A stretch of 64,000 nucleotides of DNA from a virus. A program made the position numbers and the translations under genes. Under the pieces are notes generated by a model. The model was not told the origin of the DNA and ran no database searches. It saw only the letters and a program-made list of their open reading frames with translations. How positions within the stretch are numbered: the stretch's first letter is position 1; each line of letters opens with the position of its first letter. Positions 47,227-57,376 of the stretch are shown here, one piece after another. Location of the stretch: the IMG/VR virus record IMGVR_UViG_3300002036_000006; one strand, written 5' to 3'.

Positions 47227-48452
47227 TATATTACCTCTTTCCTTTTAAACCCAGTAAGATACCCCGATAATGTAACAATTCCCGCGTGACCAACGGGTAG
47301 ATCAACAGTCATATTCATTGTGTTAAATGGAGCACCTACTGAAACATTGTCGTCTATTGGTATGTCCACATAGAGTGCATATCTAGTATCTTGAGGCGTT
47401 AGCCTAGTAGGTTCATCTATGAGAAACAATGATCTGAATGGAGAAGTATTGCCATTTATAGATATTCTGGCACTTGAATTTCCCGCATTGGTTGAGACCG
47501 ATGAAACCCTAAGTGTTAAATCCAAATAAACCTCAAAGTGAGTTGCATCAGGAGGAGCCAGAGATAAATCTATTGGGACATCAACTGTGTTAGAGGTTCC
47601 TCCAGAATCAAATGGTATATCCCTTATTCCTATCAATGATGGTGAGTTAAGTTGCCATAAAAACGGGGGATGACTTGGTATTATTGCGTTGACGACATAC
47701 GGACTAGTTGGAGTTCCAGATCCAGTCACAGATGTATTCGACCCTGCAACAACTACAGTATTGTCTGGAGAGCTTACAACATAAGGATCTAGTGGAACAC
47801 CAGATCCAGTAACTGTCGCATTGGCTCCAGCTATTACTGATGTGTTAAATCTCGGCAGAGAAACAAAATCACTAAACCTTACCTTTCCGTTCTGGCCTCC
47901 AATGCACATCGCTATAAATGATTCTGTCTCAGCTTCAACAGATAGAGCATCAACAGTAGGTATCTCACACAAATCCAACGTGAATAAGAACGGATCTAAA
48001 GATGTTCCAGAACCAGAAATATCTATTCCCTGATCCCCTGATAGAGAGGTCTGCGCGGTTATAATGAAAGGATCTGTGTCTACTCCCGTTCCAGAGAACT
48101 GGATGTTCTGACCAGATATAAATACATCTCTTGAAACTCCATCCTCTATAACGCTGAATGTTGCGGTTGTTGAGCTAGTTGCTATAGCAGTAAACTCACT
48201 AACATCAGTGTCAATCTCGGATACTCCCAAGCAAACACCGATTGCATTCGCCAATTGATCAAGAGCTACCGCTCCCTCCTCGCACTGACCATTCTGCTCA
48301 GTCCTGATTCCAACAGAAATATTACCGCAAGGATCTGGCAAAAGAGTAATGTCTATAGGATCTAGAGAGCACAGCGCACCATCAGAGCAACTCGACGTTG
48401 TCAAGTTATGCACTGATAATGTTAGCCTCTTTTCATCTGAATTGTTGGACAT
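47226..48452 (-). CDS. tail fibre/receptor-binding protein A
   Basis: repeated (I/V)xGSGTxxDP(F/Y) motifs; N-domain paralogous to 48470..49867. Confidence 0.65.
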   Translation of the reverse strand: MSNNSDEKRLTLSVHNLTTSSCSDGALCSLDPIDITLLPDPCGNISVGIRTEQNGQCEEGAVALDQLANAIGVCLGVSEIDTDVSEFTAIATSSTTATFSVIEDGVSRDVFISGQNIQFSGTGVDTDPFIITAQTSLSGDQGIDISGSGTSLDPFLFTLDLCEIPTVDALSVEAETESFIAMCIGGQNGKVRFSDFVSLPRFNTSVIAGANATVTGSGVPLDPYVVSSPDNTVVVAGSNTSVTGSGTPTSPYVVNAIIPSHPPFLWQLNSPSLIGIRDIPFDSGGTSNTVDVPIDLSLAPPDATHFEVYLDLTLRVSSVSTNAGNSSARISINGNTSPFRSLFLIDEPTRLTPQDTRYALYVDIPIDDNVSVGAPFNTMNMTVDLPVGHAGIVTLSGYLTGFKRKEVI

Positions 48453-48469
48453 TAATAATTACCTAATAA

Positions 48470-49867
48470 TTATACAGTGTATATTGTTGATCCTAAGTTA
48501 CCTATGGTGTTAGCTGGAGGGCTATAAGGCGTTGTTGAGTTCACTGTTGTGAATGAATTACTGACAATAACATTTGACCCTTGAACAGACAAGACTGTAG
48601 CAACTGATGCCAGTGACTGCGAGTCGTGAGATATGCTTCCACCAATAATATCTACGCTAGATATGTTAGATGCAGATAATGCTGTCTCGTCTGCGTTCTT
48701 CATAGAAATATCAACTCCAGATAGTCTAACGATTGAATTAGAAATTATAATTCCATTGAATAGATCTATGTTGCAATTCTGAATAACAGCATTAGTTGTG
48801 TCTCGAATCTGAATTGGGTCCAAGATGAATAATCCTCCACCAGAAACCTCATCAATGTCCACGCTCTGAATTCTAAGTTTCGTGGCATTAATGATATTGA
48901 ATAAAACATCGTTTGCGGTTAAATTAAATATCTCGAAAACACCGCCATCAACCGATATTGATGTTTCTTCTAAAATGGATGTGGCGTTATTTTCTCCAGA
49001 TATTGAAACGCTCATCCTGTTTCCAGAGATATTTACTGGAGGCCCTGATATTGTAGTGTTTTCTGGTATAATTAAGTTGAGCTGTCCTGATGATTGTAGA
49101 TTTTCATCTGCATAATCGTAAGCTTGCTGTAAATTGTTGTAGCTAACACCCTCAACCACTGGATCATTGTTTAATTCCAAGCTTATAGAAATAGGTTGAG
49201 TTTGAACTGTCGTTGTCTGTGTTGGTATAAGAACCGTTTCATCATCAACGCATGCGGTCAGCATAACGCTTGTCGCTGCATCAACTTCAGTCTGAGTTCT
49301 GGTAGGCAATGTGCAAACATTTAGCCTGAAGACTAACGGGTCATCTTCCGTTCCAGATCCAGTAATGTCAATACCGTTTATTCCATTTCCGCCGTTAGTT
49401 CCGTTGATCCCATCGATTCCATTTACACCGTCAACGCCATTAGCGGCTCCTGTAACAGTGAGAAGAAGAGGGTCGGTCACAGTTCCCGCGCCAGAGAACT
49501 CTAAGTTTTCACCAGCAATAAACACATCCCTATCAACTCCAGCCTCAGTGACTGTAAGAAGTGCTGTGGTTGCGCTTGTTGGCATCCCAGTGAATGAACT
49601 AACATCAGTATCTAATCCCCCACCGCCATTGTTAATACCCAAGCAGATGGCAATCTGATCTGCTATCTCATGAAGAGGAACAGCCCCTTCCACAACCTCA
49701 GATGTTAGATCAACTTGTGCAGCAATCCTGACTGTGTTACATGGATCTGGTTGGTTGACCAGTGTGATCTCGTTTAGTTCACGAACCGCCCCATCAGCAC
49801 AAGTCTGTTGCTGTATGTTGTGAATTTGTAAGGTAAGCTTATCAGCTCCGCTATTGCTTCCAGACAT
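48470..49867 (-). CDS. tail fibre/receptor-binding protein B (beta-helix-like C-terminus)
   Basis: shared N-domain, GxNG repeats, I/N/S-rich parallel beta-helix pattern. Confidence 0.65.
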   Translation of the reverse strand: MSGSNSGADKLTLQIHNIQQQTCADGAVRELNEITLVNQPDPCNTVRIAAQVDLTSEVVEGAVPLHEIADQIAICLGINNGGGGLDTDVSSFTGMPTSATTALLTVTEAGVDRDVFIAGENLEFSGAGTVTDPLLLTVTGAANGVDGVNGIDGINGTNGGNGINGIDITGSGTEDDPLVFRLNVCTLPTRTQTEVDAATSVMLTACVDDETVLIPTQTTTVQTQPISISLELNNDPVVEGVSYNNLQQAYDYADENLQSSGQLNLIIPENTTISGPPVNISGNRMSVSISGENNATSILEETSISVDGGVFEIFNLTANDVLFNIINATKLRIQSVDIDEVSGGGLFILDPIQIRDTTNAVIQNCNIDLFNGIIISNSIVRLSGVDISMKNADETALSASNISSVDIIGGSISHDSQSLASVATVLSVQGSNVIVSNSFTTVNSTTPYSPPANTIGNLGSTIYTV

Positions 49868-49900
49868 GTACGTCTCCTTGTATTTGTTTTTTAAAACGGA

Positions 49901-50209
49901 CTAAACAACGCCGCCTTTAAAGTAAGCAACTAGAGCTGCGAATATAACACTCACAACTCCGCCTGTTATTACTTTCATTTTGTGTTCTTCAAACTTCTCA
50001 GACCTTAGCCTTCTCTGCCTCAGAAAGAGATAATCCTTCTGCGCATCCTGCTGGTTTGATACATCCTGACCTAGGTTTGACATTGTTTCCTTTACAACGT
50101 CAGGTATGATTTTATCCTTAAGCTCATGCCTGAACTTATCTACAGTCTTGTCAGCAGTCTCCTGTGCAATTTCCTTCATTGCCGCTCTTCCCTCTGTGCT
50201 TAATGTCAT
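49901..50209 (-). CDS. small protein with C-terminal TM segment (holin-like candidate)
   Basis: soluble N-terminus plus VITGGVVSVIFAALVAYF. Confidence 0.5.
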   Translation of the reverse strand: MTLSTEGRAAMKEIAQETADKTVDKFRHELKDKIIPDVVKETMSNLGQDVSNQQDAQKDYLFLRQRRLRSEKFEEHKMKVITGGVVSVIFAALVAYFKGGVV

Positions 50210-50210
50210 A

Positions 50211-50657
50211 TTAATTTCCCCCGCCTAGAGCTGAATGCTTTATCGCTGAATTAATCCTAACCAGCCTATAAAGCAACTTGGAGAAGAACCCTGATATTCC
50301 TATAGCTTCCAGAACTTCTTTCATCGTTCTATCAGCTTCCTCCCTGCTAACCTCCTCAAGCAATTTGTCATGCAAGAATGTCGCCAAAGTATAGGCTCCG
50401 AAAGGAGGGACTATGTAGGCAACAGACAAGACGAATACTCCAAACAGCAATGCCAAGCTAGCAAAAAAACCACTAGACATTCCACCAATCAAGCACAAGA
50501 ACAGAGCTGTAAAAACAGTCCACCTTGGCTGAGATGCTCCATCTGTTCTAAGTCCTTTCGGTATCTTATGACCAGCAATCTCTATGTCGTTCAGAGTCTC
50601 AAACCAAGCCTGACTGGACATCGTTGCGTAATCAGTTAATCTGAGATCAATGTTCAT
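50211..50657 (-). CDS. DUF1353-family protein
   Basis: IPKGLRTDGAS.PR...ATFLHD.L...SREEAD. Confidence 0.75.
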   Translation of the reverse strand: MNIDLRLTDYATMSSQAWFETLNDIEIAGHKIPKGLRTDGASQPRWTVFTALFLCLIGGMSSGFFASLALLFGVFVLSVAYIVPPFGAYTLATFLHDKLLEEVSREEADRTMKEVLEAIGISGFFSKLLYRLVRINSAIKHSALGGGN

Positions 50658-51316
50658 TATGTAACAACTCCTAGGCTTAACTGAGCCTTGATTGCATCTC
50701 TCACTGTAAGTGCGATAGTTATATCTTGCTCTGGAACGTATATCTCAGTCTCAGCCTCTAACCAAGGAACTCCATCTGGATCAACATAATCTTGAACATC
50801 TTGAACAAGCTGTGGGTTTCCAGTATCGATATAAGGCCCGAAGCTGTGATCTAGTGCAAGCCTCATCTTCTGGTTCGGAATCTCCGCGCCGAACTCTGAA
50901 GCTCTAGCGGTAAGCTCTTCAACGATATTCTCTCGCCTTCTTATGTCTGCGATCCTAGACTTCTTCTTGTTGTAGTGCTTCCTATCAACCCTCACATGAG
51001 GCCCGTAAACTGGGTTCTCATCAGTGCTTGTTCTGGTAGTCCACTTCCTAGTAGCAATCCTTCTCTTAAGCCTATTCCTACTATCCCTCTCCCACTCGAA
51101 TTCAACACAAAGAATAAGATTGCTGTACTCTTCAGTATCCTCATCAAAGTCCTTGAAGTACTTTACTTGAACAAGCTCACCCCTAAACACGTCCTCAACT
51201 GGGTGAAGTCTAGGCACTCCTGTCTTGTAGTTTATGTACTCAGGAGTTTGAGTGTGATCAATCGGAGCAATGGAAGGATCTAATATGCTCCATATATTAT
51301 AACTTAACTGTAGCAT
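50657..51316 (-). CDS. putative virion/tail-associated protein
   Basis: 219 aa among the fibre genes. Confidence 0.5.
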   Translation of the reverse strand: MLQLSYNIWSILDPSIAPIDHTQTPEYINYKTGVPRLHPVEDVFRGELVQVKYFKDFDEDTEEYSNLILCVEFEWERDSRNRLKRRIATRKWTTRTSTDENPVYGPHVRVDRKHYNKKKSRIADIRRRENIVEELTARASEFGAEIPNQKMRLALDHSFGPYIDTGNPQLVQDVQDYVDPDGVPWLEAETEIYVPEQDITIALTVRDAIKAQLSLGVVT

Positions 51317-52290
51317 AGTTCAATGTTCTCAAAGTTGCTGTTCCTGAAAGATGTAACTGCTATGTAGCAATCACCACTATACGTGTTTGTGTTGTCTGTT
51401 CCGATCACAACTCCATTTCTACTGACCGTCATAGGGCTTCCAGATGCAGGTATAGACATCTCAAACTCATCACCAACAGAATACAGCCCGTTTGCGCCTA
51501 ATGAGATTGACGTGTTTGTGTTGTATAAAATCTGTGCAACCTGAGTCGATGGGAAGTACATGCTGAATATTTCAGAAGCAACGGTCTCTGCAAGAGCAAA
51601 TCCGAAAGCATCTGTATCAACAGACACAAGACCGATATGACCAAACGCATTGTTCTGAGGTGCTCCGATTGTAAACTTCAAAACTCTATCAGTTCCATCT
51701 GGTGCAGCAACACTAACCCTAGCCCCCCTATTCCATCCATTACCCTGTCCAGCAACCATAGCTATGGCTCCTTCTGTGGCGTTTGCGTCCTGAACACTAA
51801 CCCACGGAACATCTAACGACCCAGGAATTATCACTGCTGTATCGACTGCATTGAAGGAGAATTCGTAGTTACTACAAGTTCCCTCAACAATAACATCGTG
51901 ATTGCCAGCGAATGTTGGGGTGATCTCAAGAACAAGCTCATCGAAAGCCTGACTGATGATTGTGATAGTAGCTGGCGCTCCTCCAGATGTATTACTGGTT
52001 CCAGTGAATTGATCAAGAGCAAATCCAGTGACAGTGATCGTAGTTGCCTCATTCAGAAACAAAGATCCGCCAGCGATTCCACCGTTTATAATGAACGGGT
52101 CTGGACAATAATCTGATCCACCACCCGCTCCAGAGATCTGAACAAAAAGCCCAGTCTCTGCATCAACTACATAAGCCCCATCCCCATCAACAACGTAAAC
52201 AGTGTTATCTACCGCATCATCTATTGGTGGCAGTGCAGCCACCTCTATCGCATTTAATGAAGAGTCATACGATGCATTTATTAAAGCCAT
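51304..52290 (-). CDS. putative virion protein (Ig-like plus beta-sandwich)
   Basis: T/V/G-rich beta composition. Confidence 0.5.
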   Translation of the reverse strand: MALINASYDSSLNAIEVAALPPIDDAVDNTVYVVDGDGAYVVDAETGLFVQISGAGGGSDYCPDPFIINGGIAGGSLFLNEATTITVTGFALDQFTGTSNTSGGAPATITIISQAFDELVLEITPTFAGNHDVIVEGTCSNYEFSFNAVDTAVIIPGSLDVPWVSVQDANATEGAIAMVAGQGNGWNRGARVSVAAPDGTDRVLKFTIGAPQNNAFGHIGLVSVDTDAFGFALAETVASEIFSMYFPSTQVAQILYNTNTSISLGANGLYSVGDEFEMSIPASGSPMTVSRNGVVIGTDNTNTYSGDCYIAVTSFRNSNFENIELCYS

Positions 52291-52291
52291 A

Positions 52292-53929
52292 TTAAACCTC
52301 CGCTACAGGCAAAAGTCCAGCCCACTGCCAAGTTCCGCCGACAACCGCCATAGCGGGAAGCAGTCCACGAGACCTGTCTAGCTCTGTCGCAGCAAAGCTA
52401 ACGCCGTTAGGTCTTCGACCAGTTCCAAGCTCAAAGTTGCCATCAATAACATTGATGCCACTCAAACTGGTTATGACTACACTCTTTAGTCCAGCAGGTA
52501 TGTCAGTATTGACACCTTGAACCTTTCCGTGAGTCTGGTCTGGGTTAGGAGAAACATCTACAACATTAGAGTCAAGTCCAATCGCAGTTCCTACATCAGC
52601 AATCTCTTGCTGTATATCTGCTAAAAGTCCATCAATGTTTTCTGTGTTTTCTGATACCTGCCTTGAAGACTGAAGTATCGCAGCAGTATTGCAATCCTCA
52701 GTTCTAACTGAATCCTCAGGCAAAAGGTCTAGAACCTCATATTCAACTACCCTCTGAACATCTATAAGATTGAACCTATGATTCCTCTCAAGAGATATTC
52801 CAACCCTAGTATCAAGAGCATCCACAATTGAAAGTGCTGATGGGTCATCAACAGATACAACAATAACTGTTTCTCTGTCTATTGAGTTGGCTGCAAGATG
52901 AAGAGACCCAGCATCGAACAGTGCCGCATTTGGGGTAGTAGTCGCCGCAAAGCTTTCAATTCCATCATCGCCAAGGCCAATGGTGAACAGGAAATCTCCT
53001 AGATCATTACTTGTTGGGTTTAGATCGTTGAACTGCTCATATGTCATTATGAAGCTAACGCCTGTGACATTGATCTGCTCGTTAGCAGAAACCACTGGAG
53101 CTGCCTGAGCGTCTGGCTGGAAGAACATTGCTACATTTGCATCAGGAGTACCTTCAGCTAGCCAAGGGAATGCTGTAAATGGAACCCCACCACTTCCACC
53201 AAACTGAACTCCATCAACCCTTCCTGTGCTGGAGAATGGAAGAGCGAGTGGCAATATATTTGATGCCTGCGCTTGTATTGTATTCTCAACAGAAGGCGAC
53301 AAGCAATCTACAATTGGCAGAACCTGATCTGGTGTACAGTCTCTTCCTGTTGGAGTATCAACTCCCACCTGAACTGGTGTTCCACCGTTAACCGATTGCA
53401 ATATTCTAGAGAACTCAACATCATTAACACACACTAGAGTTGATGTCAACTCGTAGTCATTTATATTTGGGGATTGCTCTGTGATTGGTATTCCAGAATC
53501 TATTAACTGTGGAGTCTGTGCAACCCCATCAATGTACTGGATAATTTCTCTTGTCCAAGTTCCAGTTGCGGTATTCCTTTCCCAATCAGTTGAGTCAACC
53601 TCGAAGTCCTGTTGAGCTTCAATCGCATCCCTGATCTGACCAAGAAGTGCAACTATCTGTGGGTCTGCTGTTGTTTGAGCGGAAACGCCCAGAGCGGTCT
53701 CAATGATGAATCCCCTCGGACAAACCTCTGGAAGTCGGAAGGTATACGTTCCTGTCATATCCGCAAGATAAGTTTGTCCGTTCACTGTCAGCTCAGCAAC
53801 CCTGACTCCATCCCTAAGGATTGTTAGTCCGTCACCCCTGACCAGATTGATTTCCGTAGGTTCTCCTACGATAACTGGTGGGACATTTCTGTCTTCTGGG
53901 TTTAACCTGTTGTCAAATAATATTGGCAT
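52292..53929 (-). CDS. putative virion/tail protein
   Basis: 545-aa acidic beta-rich ORF directly after the portal gene. Confidence 0.55.
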   Translation of the reverse strand: MPILFDNRLNPEDRNVPPVIVGEPTEINLVRGDGLTILRDGVRVAELTVNGQTYLADMTGTYTFRLPEVCPRGFIIETALGVSAQTTADPQIVALLGQIRDAIEAQQDFEVDSTDWERNTATGTWTREIIQYIDGVAQTPQLIDSGIPITEQSPNINDYELTSTLVCVNDVEFSRILQSVNGGTPVQVGVDTPTGRDCTPDQVLPIVDCLSPSVENTIQAQASNILPLALPFSSTGRVDGVQFGGSGGVPFTAFPWLAEGTPDANVAMFFQPDAQAAPVVSANEQINVTGVSFIMTYEQFNDLNPTSNDLGDFLFTIGLGDDGIESFAATTTPNAALFDAGSLHLAANSIDRETVIVVSVDDPSALSIVDALDTRVGISLERNHRFNLIDVQRVVEYEVLDLLPEDSVRTEDCNTAAILQSSRQVSENTENIDGLLADIQQEIADVGTAIGLDSNVVDVSPNPDQTHGKVQGVNTDIPAGLKSVVITSLSGINVIDGNFELGTGRRPNGVSFAATELDRSRGLLPAMAVVGGTWQWAGLLPVAEV

Positions 53930-53937
53930 ATCCTTTC

Positions 53938-56046
53938 CTAAATTTGATTAATGCCCTCAGGCACGTTGTTTCTACCGTCTAACTCAGTTCCTATGTTGCT
54001 AGTAACATCATTCACTGTTGCTGTAGCAGACTCTCCCAGTCCGCCAACATCTGGTCCGAATGGCAAACTACCTGAGTCGAATCCATTGGCCTCGGTATAC
54101 TGAGTTATAAGTCCGTCAAACCAGCCAGTATCCTGACCAGATTGAAGAAGCACATTCCTCTGACCCATTAGAGCAGCAATGTTCTGAGCAAACAATCCTA
54201 TGTTTTCTGCCTCTGTATCCTTCTGAAGGAATCCAGTGTAAGACTGTATAACTATGTCGCCATCCACAATTATAGATGGGTCTTTTCTTTCTATGGCCTC
54301 AGCAACCCATATGTATTTCGCAAGAGGAGTCTCAATTAAATCTTCTTGAGCCTGAAGGAATCTGCTGAAATCCTTGTTCGCATTCTGTTGTAGTATCGCA
54401 CCCAATCCAGTTGACCTAACATTTGATAGGTTCTGTTGACCAAGAGCAAAGGGGCTAAATCCAAGTTGCTGCATCAGAGAGATTCCCTCTCTCATAGCGG
54501 TGAGATAAACATCAATGTTATTGGGAACGCCTATAATGTTTACAGCCCTATCATTGCCGCCGAACTCAGCCCTGTATCCAGAGCTGCTTGTGTATATTAT
54601 CGGCCTATCTGACTCAAGCTCTTCCTCTACCTCATCTGGCTCCTTCAGCTTTGATCTATTGATCTCGGTGATATAGTTTGGCAGCTTCTGCAAGTTATCA
54701 AAAACATTTACAGCGGCATTGTCTATAAGCTCTTGAGCAGATCTAAGTAATGAATATATGCCTCTAGAAGATGACATCTCACTTAAGTCTTTGATTTTGT
54801 ATCCGTTTTTCCTATAAGGATTATAGTCAAGATACCTAGGCTCTAACTTCATATATATGCATTGATCTTGAACTACCCAGAATTCAGCAATTGAAGATCC
54901 AGCATCTACTGATCCAGATCCAAATATAGAATTGAGAGTATCAGAGTCAAGCCTCATGATAGTCCTTATTACTGGTATGTTGTCTCCATACTCCCAGTCA
55001 TCCATGTGATCATCTTCGTGCTCTGAGTCTTCTGTGTATCCGTATGTGTAGGTCTTGAAGTTCTCAAGTACATGGGAAATTGCATCAGACTGCCCTCCGT
55101 CGATAGACTCTAGCTGGGAAATAGCGCCCCTGCTTAGCCATGCAACATCCCCCTCACCTGAACCCATGTCATAAAATGATGTGTCCTCGGCGTAGAAGTG
55201 GTTCATTGGGTGTACGTTCTCCATGCACCAAACGTCCTTCTTCGCTTCTCTCAGCAATCCCTTGGATGTTATCTCTGTTACTTTCTTCTGACTCTTGAAT
55301 GGCGCTCTTATTACTCCATAGTCGTACCAGAATGCTTGATGACCATACACCATCATAACGTCATCGTAGTTTGATTCCGTAAGAAGATCATCTACTAGAG
55401 ACTTGGCGTTCCTAGCTTTAACGTTTGCTTCAGCAAAAGTCCTAGATGTTTCAACCTGTCTCTGCCTAGATATGAATTCATCGATCTGAGAAAGGCCATC
55501 ATCAGTACCCATAAGGTTATGAAGAACCTCAAGAGCTATGATATTCTGCTCCTCTGGAGTCCCAGAAACGTTAACTGCCTGACCGAGAACCTCTCTTACT
55601 ATTGAATTGAATGCTGAATTTCTTATCCTGTCCTTGGATTCGTCAGACACGTCCGCAATTGGCGTAGGCTCTATTGTTACGTAGTCTGTTCCTCTAAACT
55701 TTAGAGCATCTTGATATACAGATAGAGCTATATTGAATTGACTTCCTATGAAATCCAAGTTAACTGTGATGTCATCATCGCAGTACTCTTCCTCATAGTG
55801 ATCCCTATTCTTATCTTCGTGGTCAGATGATCCTGTGGACATTCTGATGTGAGTTGGTCTGTCGCTTGTTAAGTACCTATAGGCCCATCGCATCCTCTGA
55901 CTCACACCAGTTTTATGTCTATACTCCATGCACCTTTGGTAGAAGCTATAAACAATAGCGGCAACATCGTCCTTTGAATCAGCGGACGAAGATTCTAATT
56001 GATCCCCGCCTAGTTGCGGATTGTGGTACGTTATCCCGTATGGCAT
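53938..56046 (-). CDS. portal (head-tail connector) protein
   Basis: 702 aa, first gene of the virion operon; LLRSAQELID.A..N..DN, RSTGLG.ILQQNANK podovirus-portal-like motifs. Confidence 0.75.
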   Translation of the reverse strand: MPYGITYHNPQLGGDQLESSSADSKDDVAAIVYSFYQRCMEYRHKTGVSQRMRWAYRYLTSDRPTHIRMSTGSSDHEDKNRDHYEEEYCDDDITVNLDFIGSQFNIALSVYQDALKFRGTDYVTIEPTPIADVSDESKDRIRNSAFNSIVREVLGQAVNVSGTPEEQNIIALEVLHNLMGTDDGLSQIDEFISRQRQVETSRTFAEANVKARNAKSLVDDLLTESNYDDVMMVYGHQAFWYDYGVIRAPFKSQKKVTEITSKGLLREAKKDVWCMENVHPMNHFYAEDTSFYDMGSGEGDVAWLSRGAISQLESIDGGQSDAISHVLENFKTYTYGYTEDSEHEDDHMDDWEYGDNIPVIRTIMRLDSDTLNSIFGSGSVDAGSSIAEFWVVQDQCIYMKLEPRYLDYNPYRKNGYKIKDLSEMSSSRGIYSLLRSAQELIDNAAVNVFDNLQKLPNYITEINRSKLKEPDEVEEELESDRPIIYTSSSGYRAEFGGNDRAVNIIGVPNNIDVYLTAMREGISLMQQLGFSPFALGQQNLSNVRSTGLGAILQQNANKDFSRFLQAQEDLIETPLAKYIWVAEAIERKDPSIIVDGDIVIQSYTGFLQKDTEAENIGLFAQNIAALMGQRNVLLQSGQDTGWFDGLITQYTEANGFDSGSLPFGPDVGGLGESATATVNDVTSNIGTELDGRNNVPEGINQI

Positions 56047-56079
56047 ATAGTTATTCTTGTAGAGTATTTTCGATCCATG

Positions 56080-56108
56080 ATTATATCACAGATCAAGACC
56101 TATTGCAA
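56080..56108 (-). promoter_or_regulatory. sigma70 promoter for the portal/virion operon
   Basis: TTGCAA-17-TATAAT with extended TG. Confidence 0.75.
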
Positions 56109-56113
56109 AAACA

Positions 56114-56473
56114 CTACCACACCCTATCTGAGAATGACTTACCCTTTCTCTTAACCTCATGGAAGAAGCAAGAGTCTCCGTATTTCCACAGGAATAACTT
56201 GCGCCTCATTAGGTATTCACCCCTAGAATACCCCTTCACCTCAACAACATGGACATCGTCCCCAATCATGTAGAAGAAATCTGGAGTGTAGTGCATACCC
56301 CTCACCTTCCTCTTCCTTAACTGGAATGATGGTAGTATTTCAAATTGCGGCTGCATGCTGAGAGAATGTATTTCACCCCTATCTTCTCTCTCAAGAAGAA
56401 TGGAATAGTAATCTGCCTCTGTCTTTGAATCAAATAATATTCCATTAACTTCAGTCTTCTTTGCCTTAGCCAT
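56114..56473 (-). CDS. DUF1064-family PD-(D/E)XK endonuclease
   Basis: GILFDSK.EA.YY..L...QP.FEI...Y.PDF.Y...VVEVKG. Confidence 0.8.
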   Translation of the reverse strand: MAKAKKTEVNGILFDSKTEADYYSILLEREDRGEIHSLSMQPQFEILPSFQLRKRKVRGMHYTPDFFYMIGDDVHVVEVKGYSRGEYLMRRKLFLWKYGDSCFFHEVKRKGKSFSDRVW

Positions 56474-56849
56474 GAACGTCTGCCCTCAGAACTGCCTGTT
56501 CCTGAGTAAACTCAAAGTCCATATATCGCTTCTCAAGCTTTTTGTAATTATTATAAAGAACCTCACTTCTATCAATATTAAGGCACTGCCTCAGACCTTC
56601 AAGATAGAATTCAAGATCCCCCATCTCCTTTATAACATTATCTAAATCAAGCTCTGTGCCGTATGCAACCCACTTCTTTATTACATCAACAAGCTCTCCT
56701 GACTCTCCACCAATGCCAAGAGCCATGTGTATTGCATCCATCTTTGAATCAGTAATCTCACTGGCAATTAGTGATGGGCTCCTTTTAAGTTGTGAAACCA
56801 TATTAGAATATTTAAAACCTGTCTCGCTAGGCATTTCTTTTTTCCTCAA
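56466..56849 (-). CDS. MazG-like nucleotide pyrophosphohydrolase
   Basis: LGIGGESGELVD.IKK...KEMGDL.FY...N.KKL.KRY. Confidence 0.85.
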   Translation of the reverse strand: MRKKEMPSETGFKYSNMVSQLKRSPSLIASEITDSKMDAIHMALGIGGESGELVDVIKKWVAYGTELDLDNVIKEMGDLEFYLEGLRQCLNIDRSEVLYNNYKKLEKRYMDFEFTQEQAVLRADVHG

Positions 56850-57066
56850 TCTTCCTGTTTATGTAAACATAATAATCTTCACCGAACATATCTAGGAACC
56901 AATCCTTCCATAAAACCTTCTTCTTTTTTGAAGATGTTCTCTGACTTCTTGGAGTAAGTGATTCCGCTATTCCAGATCTATATATCTCTTTTGCACAACA
57001 ATACTTCATGTGCTCTTTTATTTCTTTAGGGCTTTGGGTATCCGTCATTCTCATAGTATATATCAA
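56827..57066 (-). CDS. hypothetical protein
   Basis: 79-aa ORF in chain; start uncertain. Confidence 0.45.
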   Translation of the reverse strand: MIYTMRMTDTQSPKEIKEHMKYCCAKEIYRSGIAESLTPRSQRTSSKKKKVLWKDWFLDMFGEDYYVYINRKIEEKRNA

Positions 57067-57376
57067 TACCTATGATCTCTGCAAATGTTTTTTCCATATT
57101 TGCTCCCTTAGATTCCTCCCACCCTATCAGCATAAATATTGCCTCACACTGTGATATTGCAAGTATATCTCTTGATAACATCAAACCCATATCAATGTTG
57201 CTGAACTTGTGATTATCATCCACCATGTCAGGCCAGAAACCATGCGCTCTATCTATCTCCGCTGGGTTTATTGGGTTCCAGTTTAAGTCCGACAATCCCT
57301 CTTCTGCAAAATCAAAACAAGTAAAGTTAAAATCTTCGTAGCCTGTCATGGGTCCCGCTATATATATCTTCTTCAT
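57026..57376 (-). CDS. DUF4406/nucleoside 2-deoxyribosyltransferase-like protein
   Basis: IYIAGPMTG..NF..F...NPAE...C.AIFML.GWEESKGA..E. Confidence 0.8.
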   Translation of the reverse strand: MKKIYIAGPMTGYEDFNFTCFDFAEEGLSDLNWNPINPAEIDRAHGFWPDMVDDNHKFSNIDMGLMLSRDILAISQCEAIFMLIGWEESKGANMEKTFAEIIGIDIYYENDGYPKP

